NCBI GenBank assembly: GCA_037200925.1
Contig: JBBCGO010000001.1
Location: forward strand, 824,235-888,234
DNA length: 64,000 nucleotides
Reading direction: 5' to 3'
Origin: Candidatus Doudnabacteria bacterium
GTDB taxonomy: Bacteria > Patescibacteriota > Doudnabacteria > UBA920 > O2-02-FULL-48-8
Shown here one piece after another: positions 8,639 through 18,351 of the stretch. The position numbers and the translations under genes are program-made. Under the pieces are notes generated by a model, which did no database searches, was not told where the DNA came from, and saw nothing but the letters and a program-made list of their open reading frames with translations. The stretch's first letter is position 1. Each line of letters opens with the position of its first letter.

Positions 8639-9376
8639 ATGTCTAGAAGTTATACTAAACACTCTAAAATAAGGGCTAAAACACGGAAAGCAAAATCCAG
8701 TTTGCCGTTTTTTCCATTTGCTGTTTCAACGCTCTTAGTTCTAACGCTCATTGTTTCAGCTGTCAGCTATGGTTTCTCCAAAGCATTAGCCATACCGGCT
8801 CCGGTCGTATTTGTCGCGGAGAAGGCCGCAAATCCTGTCCAAGCGAGCGTTCTGGCGGTTCCGGCACCGGCAATTCAGGTTGCTGTAGCCCAGAATTTAC
8901 CTCAAAAAAAGGTTGTTGTTATTCCAAAAACCGCAGAACTACCGGAAGCGCATTTGAAAATTCCATCGATCAATGTTGACGCTGTCATTAAAGATATGGG
9001 CGTGACCACTACCACCGGAGCCATGGCGCTTCCGGGCAATCGATTTGATGTCGGTTGGTATGACTTAGGCACGGTTCCGGGTCAGACGGGGAGCGCTGTT
9101 ATCGGCGGTCACAACTATTGGGATTCCGGAACAGGGGCGTTTGTTAATTTGAATAAGCTGAAAAAAGGCGATGTTCTGTCCGTCGTAGACGCGAGAGGTG
9201 TTTCAACTTCCTTCGTGGTTAGTGACATTCGCACATTTGATGCAAATGATACCAATAGCGGAATATTTCAATCCGTCAGCGGTGTTCATCTTAATCTGAT
9301 CACTTGCAGCGGCACTTGGGATCCGTCAACAAAAAGCTATACCACGCGTTTAGTTGTCTATACAGATGCTGTGTAA
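8639..9376 (+). CDS. Sortase-family transpeptidase
   Basis: N-terminal TM anchor, an His-containing GGHNYW block and the catalytic LITCSG (TLxTC) motif. Confidence 0.6.
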   Translation: MSRSYTKHSKIRAKTRKAKSSLPFFPFAVSTLLVLTLIVSAVSYGFSKALAIPAPVVFVAEKAANPVQASVLAVPAPAIQVAVAQNLPQKKVVVIPKTAELPEAHLKIPSINVDAVIKDMGVTTTTGAMALPGNRFDVGWYDLGTVPGQTGSAVIGGHNYWDSGTGAFVNLNKLKKGDVLSVVDARGVSTSFVVSDIRTFDANDTNSGIFQSVSGVHLNLITCSGTWDPSTKSYTTRLVVYTDAV

Positions 9377-9528
9377 ATTATGAAATATCAAAAAAACACC
9401 ACTGTCAAAAGTGGTGTTTTTTTTTGCACCAAAAATCGGACAAGTTGCGTATAATCAGAGAAATTGGATATAATTAAAACATCATTGCGTGATTAAAAAC
9501 GGCTAAAAATTAAACAAAACTGTCACAT

Positions 9529-12069
9529 ATGAAAAAAATATCTTTTTTTACGGCTTTAATCGGCATTTTTGCGGGTTTAGTGGTTTTTGCAGGGTCTGCC
9601 CATGCCATGACGCCAACTTTGTCCTTAACCGGCACCGGCGACGGCGATTCTGTCCAGATCAATGTCACCGGCGATCCCAGCGTTAATGTTTTGCTGTTTT
9701 ACACCAAAACCAATGTCGGGTCGCAGATAGCCACATTGGGGATGACCAATGCCAGCGGCAATTTTTCAAATACTATCAGCTCTTCCGGCTACGGCATTGC
9801 CGCCGGCACCTCGGTTTACGTTGAGACCACCGGTTTGAACGGTCCGCAATCGGCTGCCGTGGCCTGGCCGATCGCATCGACCAGCGGCACGTTTTCCTTG
9901 AGTCCGACCGGAGTTGTGCTTTCCGCCGGCCAAAATTCCACCATTACCGCGTCCAACAACGGCGGCAACACGCTTTATTTATCCAACAATTCCAACCCGC
10001 CTGTGGCCAACGCCAACATCAGCGGCAATCAAATTAATATTACGGCCTTAAGCAACGGCTCCACGGTCCTGACCGTCTGCACCAGCGGCAATACGTCAAC
10101 TTGCGCCAGCGCCTATGTTACCGTGCAGAACAGCGGCGGGCAAGCGCTGACATTCAGCCTAAGCAATGTGACCGTGGCTCCGGGCCAGAGCGTGCCCATC
10201 ACCATCAGCGGCGGCAACGGCAGTTATTCAACGTTAAACAATTCTAATTCCGCGGTCATCCAAACCAATATCAGCGGGTCCACAGTAACTCTCAGTACCA
10301 ACGGCACCAGCGGCTCCGCGGCCATAACCATTTGTTCGTCGGATATGGCGGCATGCGGCATTATCAATGCCACGGCCGGCAGCGCCAGCACCACGGCGCT
10401 GTCGCTCAGTCCGTACAATCCCACCCTGGCACCCGGCCAAAGCTTGAATGTGACCATTTCGGGCGGGGCTTCGTCAACATATTATGTTTCTTCCAACTCC
10501 AATCAGACCTCGTTAAGCACAAGCGTAAACGGGAGTAATCTGACGCTGACCGGCAATAGCTACGGTACGGCAAATCTGGTGGTATGTTCATCAAGCGGCA
10601 GCTGCGGCAACCTGACCGTGACAGTCAGCTATGTTTCCTACGGCGGCACCATAACTTTAAGCCAAAGCAGCATAGTGCTGCTGGTCGGGCAGGTCTTGAG
10701 CGTGACGGTCACAGGCGGCACTACGCCTTATTCCTTGTCTCCGGCTCAGAGCAATTTATTCCAGGCCAGCCTCAATGGCAATGTGGTCACCCTGTCCGGA
10801 ATTGCGGCCGGATCTTCCACGGTCTACGTCTGTTCTGCCGGCAGTGCCTGTGCCACGTTATCCGTCACAGTCAACGCCTCAGGCGCCGGTACGCCCATAA
10901 CCTTCAGCCAAAATAATATCAATTTGAGCATGGGAGGAATTACCGCGCTGACCATAACCGGCAGCGGCGGCTACTATGCCTCCACCAACTCCAATCCCAG
11001 CGTCGCTACTGTGCAGATCAGCGGCAGCACTGCTCTGGTCACGGCCGGCAGCGCCGGTTCAAACAATATTTCCATTTGCCAAAGCGGCGGACAATGCGCG
11101 ATCTTATTCGTGACCGTCAGTTCCGGCACCTCCACCGTTTCCATCCCGGCATTCAGCAACACTAATCCCGTGATCACGGCAGGACAGGTCTTGAACGAAA
11201 CTATTTCCGGAGGCGCTTCAAGCAATTATTATATTCTGGCCAACACCAACCCCGCTGTCGTGCAGTTGAGTCTGAACGGCAATCAGCTGGCCCTGTCAGG
11301 CTTAACCGGCGGTTCATCCACAGTTGCGATCTGTGCGACATCCAACAGTTGCGCCGTACTGACCGTTACGGTGAACGGGACTGCCGCATCGAACATTTAT
11401 TTTGCCACCACCAGCCTGCCTCTTGGCATAGTAGGGCAGGCTTACAACAACCAGATCATGGCCGCGGGCGGCAACGGCAGCTACACGTTCACCTTAACTT
11501 CGGGAAGCCTGCCTTCGGGGCTGACTTTATCCGCCACCGGTTTGCTTTCCGGTACCCCTATCGGAACTGCCAATAATAATATTTCCATTATGGCCGCGGA
11601 CAGCACCGGCAATTCCGCCACAGCGAATTTTACCCTGACCGTAAATAATGCCGCTCCCGTTGCTCCCGCTCCCGCCAGCACGGGCCCATACCAGAACGGC
11701 CAATTGATCCTTGAAAACGGCACAGTTTATATCGTTTATCAAAACACCAAAGTCGGGTTTGCCAGTGCGGATGCGTTCGTGGGTCTGGGTTATCAATTCA
11801 GCAATGTCACTCCCGTAACTGATTCGGGGTTGGCGGTTTCCAGCAAGGTCGTGGTCACGGCCGACGGGGGACATCCCAGGGGTTCGTGGCTTCTGAGCGG
11901 CCAGGCGGTATTTTTTCTGACACCCGACGGGTTGATCCCGGTCCCTGACTGGAATACCTTCCTAAGCAACGGCGGCCAGGCCATTTTCATAGTCAGTGCC
12001 AACAGTTTTGATCTGGCCCGGCCCAGACTGGCAAACATGAGCATGAACGATTCCAGGCTGAGCCCCTAA
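9529..12069 (+). CDS. Large secreted surface protein with about 7 tandem Big_2-like Ig domains and a C-terminal putative-Ig (He_PIG-like) domain
   Basis: Signal peptide MKKISFFTALIGIFAGLVVFAGSAHA. Repeated ~85-aa units each end ...VC.S.G.C..L.VTV. The C-terminal IYFATTSLPLGIVGQAYNNQIMAAGGNGSYTFTLTSGSLPSGLTLSATGLLSGTP is He_PIG-like. Confidence 0.6.
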   Translation: MKKISFFTALIGIFAGLVVFAGSAHAMTPTLSLTGTGDGDSVQINVTGDPSVNVLLFYTKTNVGSQIATLGMTNASGNFSNTISSSGYGIAAGTSVYVETTGLNGPQSAAVAWPIASTSGTFSLSPTGVVLSAGQNSTITASNNGGNTLYLSNNSNPPVANANISGNQINITALSNGSTVLTVCTSGNTSTCASAYVTVQNSGGQALTFSLSNVTVAPGQSVPITISGGNGSYSTLNNSNSAVIQTNISGSTVTLSTNGTSGSAAITICSSDMAACGIINATAGSASTTALSLSPYNPTLAPGQSLNVTISGGASSTYYVSSNSNQTSLSTSVNGSNLTLTGNSYGTANLVVCSSSGSCGNLTVTVSYVSYGGTITLSQSSIVLLVGQVLSVTVTGGTTPYSLSPAQSNLFQASLNGNVVTLSGIAAGSSTVYVCSAGSACATLSVTVNASGAGTPITFSQNNINLSMGGITALTITGSGGYYASTNSNPSVATVQISGSTALVTAGSAGSNNISICQSGGQCAILFVTVSSGTSTVSIPAFSNTNPVITAGQVLNETISGGASSNYYILANTNPAVVQLSLNGNQLALSGLTGGSSTVAICATSNSCAVLTVTVNGTAASNIYFATTSLPLGIVGQAYNNQIMAAGGNGSYTFTLTSGSLPSGLTLSATGLLSGTPIGTANNNISIMAADSTGNSATANFTLTVNNAAPVAPAPASTGPYQNGQLILENGTVYIVYQNTKVGFASADAFVGLGYQFSNVTPVTDSGLAVSSKVVVTADGGHPRGSWLLSGQAVFFLTPDGLIPVPDWNTFLSNGGQAIFIVSANSFDLARPRLANMSMNDSRLSP
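9886..11390 (+). repeat. Diverged in-frame tandem repeats (~255-270 nt units) encoding the Ig-like domains
   Basis: Recurrent protein-level periodicity (SLSP...G...L.V...GG....Y......N.......S......L...G.......VC.....C..L.VTV). Confidence 0.5.
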
Positions 12070-12081
12070 AAGCTGGGTAAA

Positions 12082-12114
12082 CAAAAAAACCGACTTGAAG
12101 TCGGTTTTTTTTTC
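12082..12114. terminator. Bidirectional rho-independent terminator between convergent genes
   Basis: AAAAAAACCGACttgaaGTCGGTTTTTTTTT has an A-run and a T-run on either side of the hairpin. Confidence 0.6.
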
Positions 12115-12124
12115 GTCATTCTGC

Positions 12125-15100
12125 TCATTCGGATCTGAGCATCGGATATTTTTCTTTTATCCATTTGGTAAAGGATGCCGCGTCTATCGCCGGGCTGAAC
12201 AATTTTCCCTGGCCGCCTTCGCATTTTTGCGATGCAAGAAATTCCAATTGTTCTTTCGTTTCAACTCCTTCGGCAATGACTTTTAATTTCAAATTGTGCG
12301 CCATAGAAATGATGGCTCTGACGATTTCCGCATCCTGTTCGCTGGTGAGGCAGTCTTTTATGAACGATCTGTCGATCTTCAGGTTATTCAAAGGAAAACG
12401 GTTGAGATAGCTTAACGATGAATAGCCTATGCCGAAGTCATCTATGGAAATCTCAAATCCTAATTTTTTCAGGCGCTCCAGCTGCTCAGTTGTGATTTTG
12501 AGATTATGCATGGCAATACTTTCGGTTATTTCCAATTCTATGAAAGCCGGCTTAAGCTTGAGTTCGTGCAGCGTTGAAGCGATTTTTTTGACCAGATTTG
12601 CCTGGGTAAATTGATGAGCGGAAAGGTTGACAGCCAGTTTCAGGTCCGGCAGATCTAATTTGTGCCATTTTTTTAATTGCATGCCGGCCGTTTTCAGGAC
12701 CCAGTCATCGATAGCAATAATTGCGCCGGTGTCCTCAGCCGCAGCAATGAATTCGCGAGGCAGGATCAAACCCAGCTTGGGATGCTGCCATCGGATCAGC
12801 GCTTCGACTGACATTAATGTGCCGTCTTTGACGTTTATCACCGGCTGATAAAATATTTTCAATTCTTTGCGGGACAGCGCCGTGCGCAAAGCAGTTTCGA
12901 TGGCCAATTTTTTGGAGGTCCGCTCGCTCATGCCCTGGTTATAGAGCAGGTGTTTGCTTCTGGCGGATTCTTTCGATCTGTACAAAGCCGTATCCGCGTT
13001 TTTCAGAAGCGTGTGAATATCTTTTCCGTCTTCAGGATAGAGCGCAATGCCCATGCTGGCCCCGACGTGGAGCGTATGGTTATTAATTTTAAATGCCGGC
13101 TTTAATGCCGCAGTGATCTTTTCCGCAACCTTTACCGTCTGGGTGTCATCCCTGATGTTGATAAGCAGAATGATAAATTCATCACCGCCCCACCTTGACA
13201 GCGTATCTTCCCGCCGGATGCACGATCCCAATCGTTCACCGACTTTTTTCAGCAGTTCATCTCCCACGCTGTGTCCCAGCGTGTCGTTGATCGTTTTAAA
13301 TTGGTCTAAATCCAAAAATATGATGCCTACCCGCTCTTTGTGCCGTTTGGCGCGATTAAGCGTCATGCCCAGGCGATCTTCCAGCAATTTTCTGTTGGGC
13401 AGGTTGGTGAGCGTATCATGAAAAGCTTGATGGTGAATTGTCCGTTCGGACTGCTTGCGTTCCCTCACGTCCCGGGCTACGACCGCAATTGCCGAGGATC
13501 TCTTTGTTTTGGGATCGCTTATGGCAAATATATGCATTTCCGTCACAATGGGCGTGCTTGTGGGCAAATGTTTGAGCTGCAGTTCGCCCGTCCAATTTTC
13601 ACCGAGAACTATCGCAGGCAGAATATCCTTTTCCAGTTTTTCCCTGTCAGCTTTCATAAAATAATCAAAAATAGTCATACGTTTTCCATTCCCGTTGCTG
13701 CCGCGCGGGTTTCCTACAAGGCGCCTCCCTCCGCCGTTGAGAAAGAGTATCTTGCCTTCCGGCAGCACCAAACTGATAAAATCGCTGCTGTTTTGAATAA
13801 GCGAGGATAATTCGCGCTGGCGCTGCGAAATGTCCTCGATCGCCAATAAGATCAGGCCAGGCGACCTTTCTCCGTCCTTTGGAATAGCCCGGGCATTCAG
13901 GAGCATGGTCCTGGATTCGTGATTAGGAAAATCATGTTCAATTTCTAAGTCGTGGAATTTTTTACCCTCCGGCAAAATTTCTTCCAAGAGCTTGCGCAAG
14001 CGGGGGATATTCCATTGTCCCTTTTCTATTGTGTACAAGGGCTGCCCCACGACATCTTTTTTCAAAAGTTTAAAAGTAGCATAAAAAGCGGAATTCGCTT
14101 CTTTGATGCGGAGGTCTCCGTCCAGAACCAAAAGAGGTTCGCGGACCGTGTCAAAAACCGCTTCAATATATTCCAGGCTGGTTTTCAGCTTGTCGATGTC
14201 GATCAGCGTAATGACCGTGCCGTTGATCTTGTTGTCGTGGGAGCGGGAAGGATGGATTTGCAGAGAATGCCAGGTGCCTTGCAGATCCTGAACGTCTTTT
14301 TTATATGGCGTGCCGGTAATTATCACTTCCCGCAGCAGCTCTTCCATGTTGGGGACTTTGAGGTTGGATTTGATGTCAGTGATGGGGCGGCCGATATCCG
14401 AGGGTAATATCCTCAAAATTCTTACTGCAGTGGGGGTAAAGCGCCTCACGGTCAGGTCATGTTCCAGCATCACCACCGGTATATCCACGGTGCTCAGAAG
14501 ATTGACCAGATCTTCGGACAACTGCCCTAATTCTGAATTTCTGTGCTGGACTTCTTCATTGACCGTGGTTAATTCCTCATTGGTGGACTGCAGTTCTTCC
14601 TTGGCTGTTTCCAGTTCTTCGTTGGTGCTTTGCAGCTCTTCGTTGCTGGACATGATCTCTTCGTTGGCTGCCATCAATTCTTCGTTGGCCGCCTCATGGT
14701 TTTCGATCAGTTCCTGCAGATATTTTCTGGTTGAGCTGACTTCTTGTTCCAGCTGCTTGTAAGTCTGATTTTTGGAACGTGGCCCTTGGCGCCGATCATT
14801 ATTTTTTTTGACCTTTGCGGCCTGAGCTGAGCTTTCTTCAAAAAGGATCAGGAAGTATGCTCCATTTTTTCCTATCGGAAGAACTTCAATATTGATGTTC
14901 CGATGGCTGCCGTTGATGGTCAGGCCGACATTTTCTTTCCGGAACGGCTTTTTGGTTTTTTTCGCTTCATCAACCGCCTGTGACAATTCTGAAAACAGGC
15001 CGACGGCCACCATTTTCAGTAAACTAAAACTTGCCTTCCCGGGCGCCATCTCCAGGTAAGGGCGGGTTTGGCCCCGGAATTGAATAACCTCCAGTTTGTT

Positions 15101-16750
15101 GTTGATCAAGATGCCGGCCGGAGCAAAATTGTTCACGATCAGGCGGTCAGCTTCTGCCTGAGCGTCCTTGACGCCCAGAATTTTGTTATCTGCAGCGGCT
15201 GTCTGCACCTGCTGCGTTACCGTATCGGCGGTTATCAGGTCGCGTTCATGACGCTGGTCAGAAAGCGGCTGATTGAAAGAAGTGATTGCAGCCGGGTTTG
15301 CCAGGGGATTTTTGGAATAGATCTTATGCTTTTTATCGATTGGAACGAACAGATCGGAAAAACTTCCGGTTGTCTCGGCGGTTCCGAGCTTTAAGAATCC
15401 TCCCGGTTTGAGCGCAAAATGAAACACCGGAAAGATTTTATGGTGCAGTGCCGGCCCCATGTAAATGAGAAGATTTTGGCAGCTGATAAAATCCAGAAAC
15501 GAAAAGGGAGGATCTTTTATCAAATTTTGCTTGGCAAAAACGCACATCTCTCTTATCTGTTTGCTTATCTGGAAACCGTTTTCTACTCTGTGGAAAAAAC
15601 GCTCCAGCCGCTCGGGCGAGACGTCCAGAGCAATATTTTCGATGTAGATCCCTTCGCGGGCGCGGGCCAATGACTTATCGCTGACGTCAGTGGCAAATAT
15701 TTGTACGGGAATGGCGATCTCGCGCTTTTTTAAATATTCAGACAAACTGATGGCAATGGAATAAGCTTCCTCGCCGGTGGAACATCCCGGCACCCAAATT
15801 CTTACGGGTTTGTCCGGAGGTTTGTTTTTTACGAGCGCCGGCCAGACCTTATGTTCCAGTATCTTAAACCCTTCGGGTTCGCGGAAGAAGCGGGTTACGG
15901 TGATCAGAATTTCGTCATACAGTTCACTGATCTCTTGAGGATGGCTCTTTATGAACTCCACATAATCTTTGTAGCTTTCCATCTTATTGAGTGTCATCCG
16001 TCGTTCTATGCGCCGTTTAATTGTGGCGTATTTGTAATTGGCAAAATCAACGCTGGTGTGGATCCGCAGCAAATTCAGAATTTTATGCATCGACTCATTG
16101 CCGGATGCTACGAATTCTTGAGCTGTTTCATATTCGGGCTTGGCCAAGTGCCCATTTTTCGCAAGCTGGCCTAATTCTTTACCGATGTTTTTGGCGGAAA
16201 GGATATGGTCCACGTTGCCGCTGGCAATGGCAGACTGCGGCATGCCGTTATATTTTGCGGATTCCAGATCCTGGGCAATGGTTATGCCGCCCACGGATTT
16301 AATTTCCGAAATACCAAGCGTGCCGTCACTGCCGGTGCCCGACAGAATGACGCCGATCGGCGGCGTACTACTACTACTATCGTCGGCAAGCGATCTGAAA
16401 AAAATATCTATTGGCATATGCTGGCCGTCAAACATTTTCCGCGGTGTCAGATACAGGATCCTGTCTTTTATGGTTATATTTTTATTCGGCGGAATAACAT
16501 ACACGGTATTTGGTGAAACCGGCATATTATTCTTGGCTTCCAGGATCGGAATAGAGGTTTTTTTACTGAGAATTTCCTGCAAATAACTTTCGTGATGGGG
16601 ATCTAAATGCTGAACCAGGACGTAAGCCATATTGGAACGAGGAGGCAAGTATGAAAGCAATTCAAGAAAAGTCTCCAAGCCCCCGGCTGATGCCCCTATA
16701 CCCACAATAGGAAAATTCCCCCTCGGTGCAAGAGGATATTTCTTTTGCAT
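12125..16750 (-). CDS. Giant multidomain signalling protein: CheB methylesterase - CheR methyltransferase - PAS - coiled coil - PAS - GGDEF - EAL
   Basis: CheB_methylest motif VGIGASAGGLETFLELL. The NEEL-repeat coiled coil EELMAANEEIMSSNEELQSTNEELETAKEELQSTNEEL is typical of CheB/CheR fusion proteins. RWGGDEFIILL (GGDEF), EALIRW, ELEITES and DDFGIGYSSLSYL (EAL) follow. Confidence 0.85.
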   Translation of the reverse strand: MQKKYPLAPRGNFPIVGIGASAGGLETFLELLSYLPPRSNMAYVLVQHLDPHHESYLQEILSKKTSIPILEAKNNMPVSPNTVYVIPPNKNITIKDRILYLTPRKMFDGQHMPIDIFFRSLADDSSSSTPPIGVILSGTGSDGTLGISEIKSVGGITIAQDLESAKYNGMPQSAIASGNVDHILSAKNIGKELGQLAKNGHLAKPEYETAQEFVASGNESMHKILNLLRIHTSVDFANYKYATIKRRIERRMTLNKMESYKDYVEFIKSHPQEISELYDEILITVTRFFREPEGFKILEHKVWPALVKNKPPDKPVRIWVPGCSTGEEAYSIAISLSEYLKKREIAIPVQIFATDVSDKSLARAREGIYIENIALDVSPERLERFFHRVENGFQISKQIREMCVFAKQNLIKDPPFSFLDFISCQNLLIYMGPALHHKIFPVFHFALKPGGFLKLGTAETTGSFSDLFVPIDKKHKIYSKNPLANPAAITSFNQPLSDQRHERDLITADTVTQQVQTAAADNKILGVKDAQAEADRLIVNNFAPAGILINNKLEVIQFRGQTRPYLEMAPGKASFSLLKMVAVGLFSELSQAVDEAKKTKKPFRKENVGLTINGSHRNINIEVLPIGKNGAYFLILFEESSAQAAKVKKNNDRRQGPRSKNQTYKQLEQEVSSTRKYLQELIENHEAANEELMAANEEIMSSNEELQSTNEELETAKEELQSTNEELTTVNEEVQHRNSELGQLSEDLVNLLSTVDIPVVMLEHDLTVRRFTPTAVRILRILPSDIGRPITDIKSNLKVPNMEELLREVIITGTPYKKDVQDLQGTWHSLQIHPSRSHDNKINGTVITLIDIDKLKTSLEYIEAVFDTVREPLLVLDGDLRIKEANSAFYATFKLLKKDVVGQPLYTIEKGQWNIPRLRKLLEEILPEGKKFHDLEIEHDFPNHESRTMLLNARAIPKDGERSPGLILLAIEDISQRQRELSSLIQNSSDFISLVLPEGKILFLNGGGRRLVGNPRGSNGNGKRMTIFDYFMKADREKLEKDILPAIVLGENWTGELQLKHLPTSTPIVTEMHIFAISDPKTKRSSAIAVVARDVRERKQSERTIHHQAFHDTLTNLPNRKLLEDRLGMTLNRAKRHKERVGIIFLDLDQFKTINDTLGHSVGDELLKKVGERLGSCIRREDTLSRWGGDEFIILLINIRDDTQTVKVAEKITAALKPAFKINNHTLHVGASMGIALYPEDGKDIHTLLKNADTALYRSKESARSKHLLYNQGMSERTSKKLAIETALRTALSRKELKIFYQPVINVKDGTLMSVEALIRWQHPKLGLILPREFIAAAEDTGAIIAIDDWVLKTAGMQLKKWHKLDLPDLKLAVNLSAHQFTQANLVKKIASTLHELKLKPAFIELEITESIAMHNLKITTEQLERLKKLGFEISIDDFGIGYSSLSYLNRFPLNNLKIDRSFIKDCLTSEQDAEIVRAIISMAHNLKLKVIAEGVETKEQLEFLASQKCEGGQGKLFSPAIDAASFTKWIKEKYPMLRSE

Positions 16751-16950
16751 TAGGGCCTTTTTTAGCGCGCTGGATGGCCGCTGTTTTTTATTCCGATCAG
16801 GTTTGATCTTCGTAAAATACCTTTCCTTTTCACTATCACAACAACGTATTGTATTACAGCAAATGGGGCATTGTCAATTGGAATAATTCCAAATTTTTTG
16901 TTGTTTTAGTCTGCGTTTTTTTGAAAAATTGTCCATATTTATTTTGGGCT

Positions 16951-16989
16951 AAACAAAAATTCCCGCCAAACGACAGGGAATCTTTGTTT
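16951..16989 (-). terminator. Rho-independent terminator for the yeaQ-like gene
   Basis: The minus strand reads ATTCCCtgtcgtttggcGGGAAT followed by TTTTTGTTT. Confidence 0.5.
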
Positions 16990-17000
16990 AAAACAGGTGT

Positions 17001-17249
17001 TTACTTGCGAACCATTTTTACGATCCAGATGAGTACGACAGCTCCTAACAGAGCGACCAGGAAGCTCGGAACATTGAAGCCGCTTATTCCCGTTTTGCCG
17101 ATCAGACTCATGATCCATCCGCCGATCACGGCGCCGATGATTCCGACAATGATGTTGGCCAGCAAACCCATTTGGGCATTGGTGCCCATGATCATAGAAG
17201 CGACCCAGCCCACTAATGCCCCGAAAATAATCCAAAGGATTATACCCAT
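17001..17249 (-). CDS. GlsB/YeaQ/YmgE-family stress-response membrane protein
   Basis: The 82-aa sequence MGIILWIIFGALVGWVASMIMG...GLLANIIVGIIGAVIGGWIMSLIG is the typical transglycosylase-associated-protein signature. Confidence 0.8.
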   Translation of the reverse strand: MGIILWIIFGALVGWVASMIMGTNAQMGLLANIIVGIIGAVIGGWIMSLIGKTGISGFNVPSFLVALLGAVVLIWIVKMVRK

Positions 17250-17275
17250 ATATGTTTTTTGTTAATTATTTAATG

Positions 17276-17635
17276 TTATTTAGGTTCTTCTTTGTCCAGT
17301 TTCGCCGCAGCCTCAGGCGTAGATACAGTCTTGCTCATGGAGAACAGCCTGATGATGCCCCAAGCCACAAGCCAGTAGACCAGCATGGCCAGAAGCGTGG
17401 TCCATTCAAATATATTGCCTTCGACTTTCGTCATCTTGAAAACGTTGAGAAATGGTGCAGCGAAAGGATAGCTGACATTATAAATAAAACTGCTGAATCC
17501 GGCATTCGGGTTGGCGGCAAGCAGCTTTAGCACGAACCGAAACACCAAAAGCGCTTCCAGCAGGCCCAGAATATACCAAACGATCTGAATACCCCGGAAT
17601 AAGGGCTTGGTTGTGGGTGAATTGTATGAATCCAT
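17276..17635 (-). CDS. YggT-family membrane protein (start taken at the internal Met MDSYNS)
   Basis: YggT-like repeats (FRFVLKLLAANPNAGF...YWLVAWGIIRLF). The first ~48 codons of the listed ORF are low-complexity and unlikely to be coding. Confidence 0.55.
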   Translation of the reverse strand: MDSYNSPTTKPLFRGIQIVWYILGLLEALLVFRFVLKLLAANPNAGFSSFIYNVSYPFAAPFLNVFKMTKVEGNIFEWTTLLAMLVYWLVAWGIIRLFSMSKTVSTPEAAAKLDKEEPK

Positions 17636-17799
17636 ATAATTAATGGTTAATATTGTTAAATATAGTATATACCTTTTATAGCTTTTTAGGAAAGGTTGCG
17701 TTGCACAAAAGAAAGTCGAAGATTGCCGGTGTTTTTTGTTAACCTTATACTTATAATAGTAGTTGAAGTTGCGCCACAATTTGAACAGGAGGACCTGTC

Positions 17800-18231
17800 A
17801 TGAGATGGAACGGAATTTACTCTGTTCTGGCAGTACTCGCTGTCATGCTCTGGCTCCAGTGGAAAACGTACAGTAAGGTTAGCGGCCGCCGCAGATTCCG
17901 AGAAGGCGATATTGTACTGTACGTAAACCCAGAGAGCGATGACATGAACAATATGATCACCAAGGTACTGCATGTTTTCCACTCGCACGGTACGGTACAG
18001 ATCCGCGGTAAGGGCACTACGGTGCTTGTATCTGCCAGCCGTTTGCAAATACTCAACATTGACACCAATGCGCCGATGCAAGTGCCGGAAGAACCGATCG
18101 CGGGCGATATCGGGCAGGGCGAAAAAACCCTTCGATGGAATCAGGCAAAGTTCCGTTTGATTCCGTTGAGCTGGTTCGATTACCTTGTCCCGGCCGGCGC
18201 TACACCGGTAGGTGAGTATGAAAGATTATAG
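17800..18231 (+). CDS. Hypothetical protein with an N-terminal TM helix
   Basis: ORF only. No recognised motif. Confidence 0.35.
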   Translation: MRWNGIYSVLAVLAVMLWLQWKTYSKVSGRRRFREGDIVLYVNPESDDMNNMITKVLHVFHSHGTVQIRGKGTTVLVSASRLQILNIDTNAPMQVPEEPIAGDIGQGEKTLRWNQAKFRLIPLSWFDYLVPAGATPVGEYERL

Positions 18232-18235
18232 GCAG

Positions 18236-18278
18236 TTCTGCACGAAAATCCCAGCGATGAGTAGTGCAGTTTTTTTAT
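18236..18278 (+). terminator. Possible terminator (CTGCAC...GTGCAG plus T7)
   Basis: 6-bp stem with a long loop followed by TTTTTTT. Weak. Confidence 0.35.
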
Positions 18279-18281
18279 TGG

Positions 18282-18305
18282 TTAATTAAGTCTTGACTTA
18301 ATTAA
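18282..18305. promoter_or_regulatory. 24-bp palindrome (11-bp arms) overlapping a TTGACT -35-like hexamer upstream of the PhnB-like gene
   Basis: TTAATTAAGTC-tt-GACTTAATTAA has perfect arms and lies ~50 nt upstream of the ATG at 18352. Confidence 0.35.
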
Positions 18306-18351
18306 AGACCTGGTTTATTGTCGAGAAGAAATAATAATTAACCTGAACCAT

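Noticed and set aside
9886-11390. Possible CRISPR-like or other non-coding repeat array suggested by DNA periodicity
   Set aside because: The repeats are ~260 nt, divergent, in-frame and encode Ig-like domains. There are no short identical direct repeats with unique spacers anywhere in the window, so there is no CRISPR array.
13047-16586. Multiple 100-156-aa plus-strand ORFs inside the 4.6-kb signalling gene
   Set aside because: They are antisense shadows of a long, clearly coding minus-strand gene whose domains (CheB, CheR, PAS, GGDEF, EAL) are contiguous and intact.
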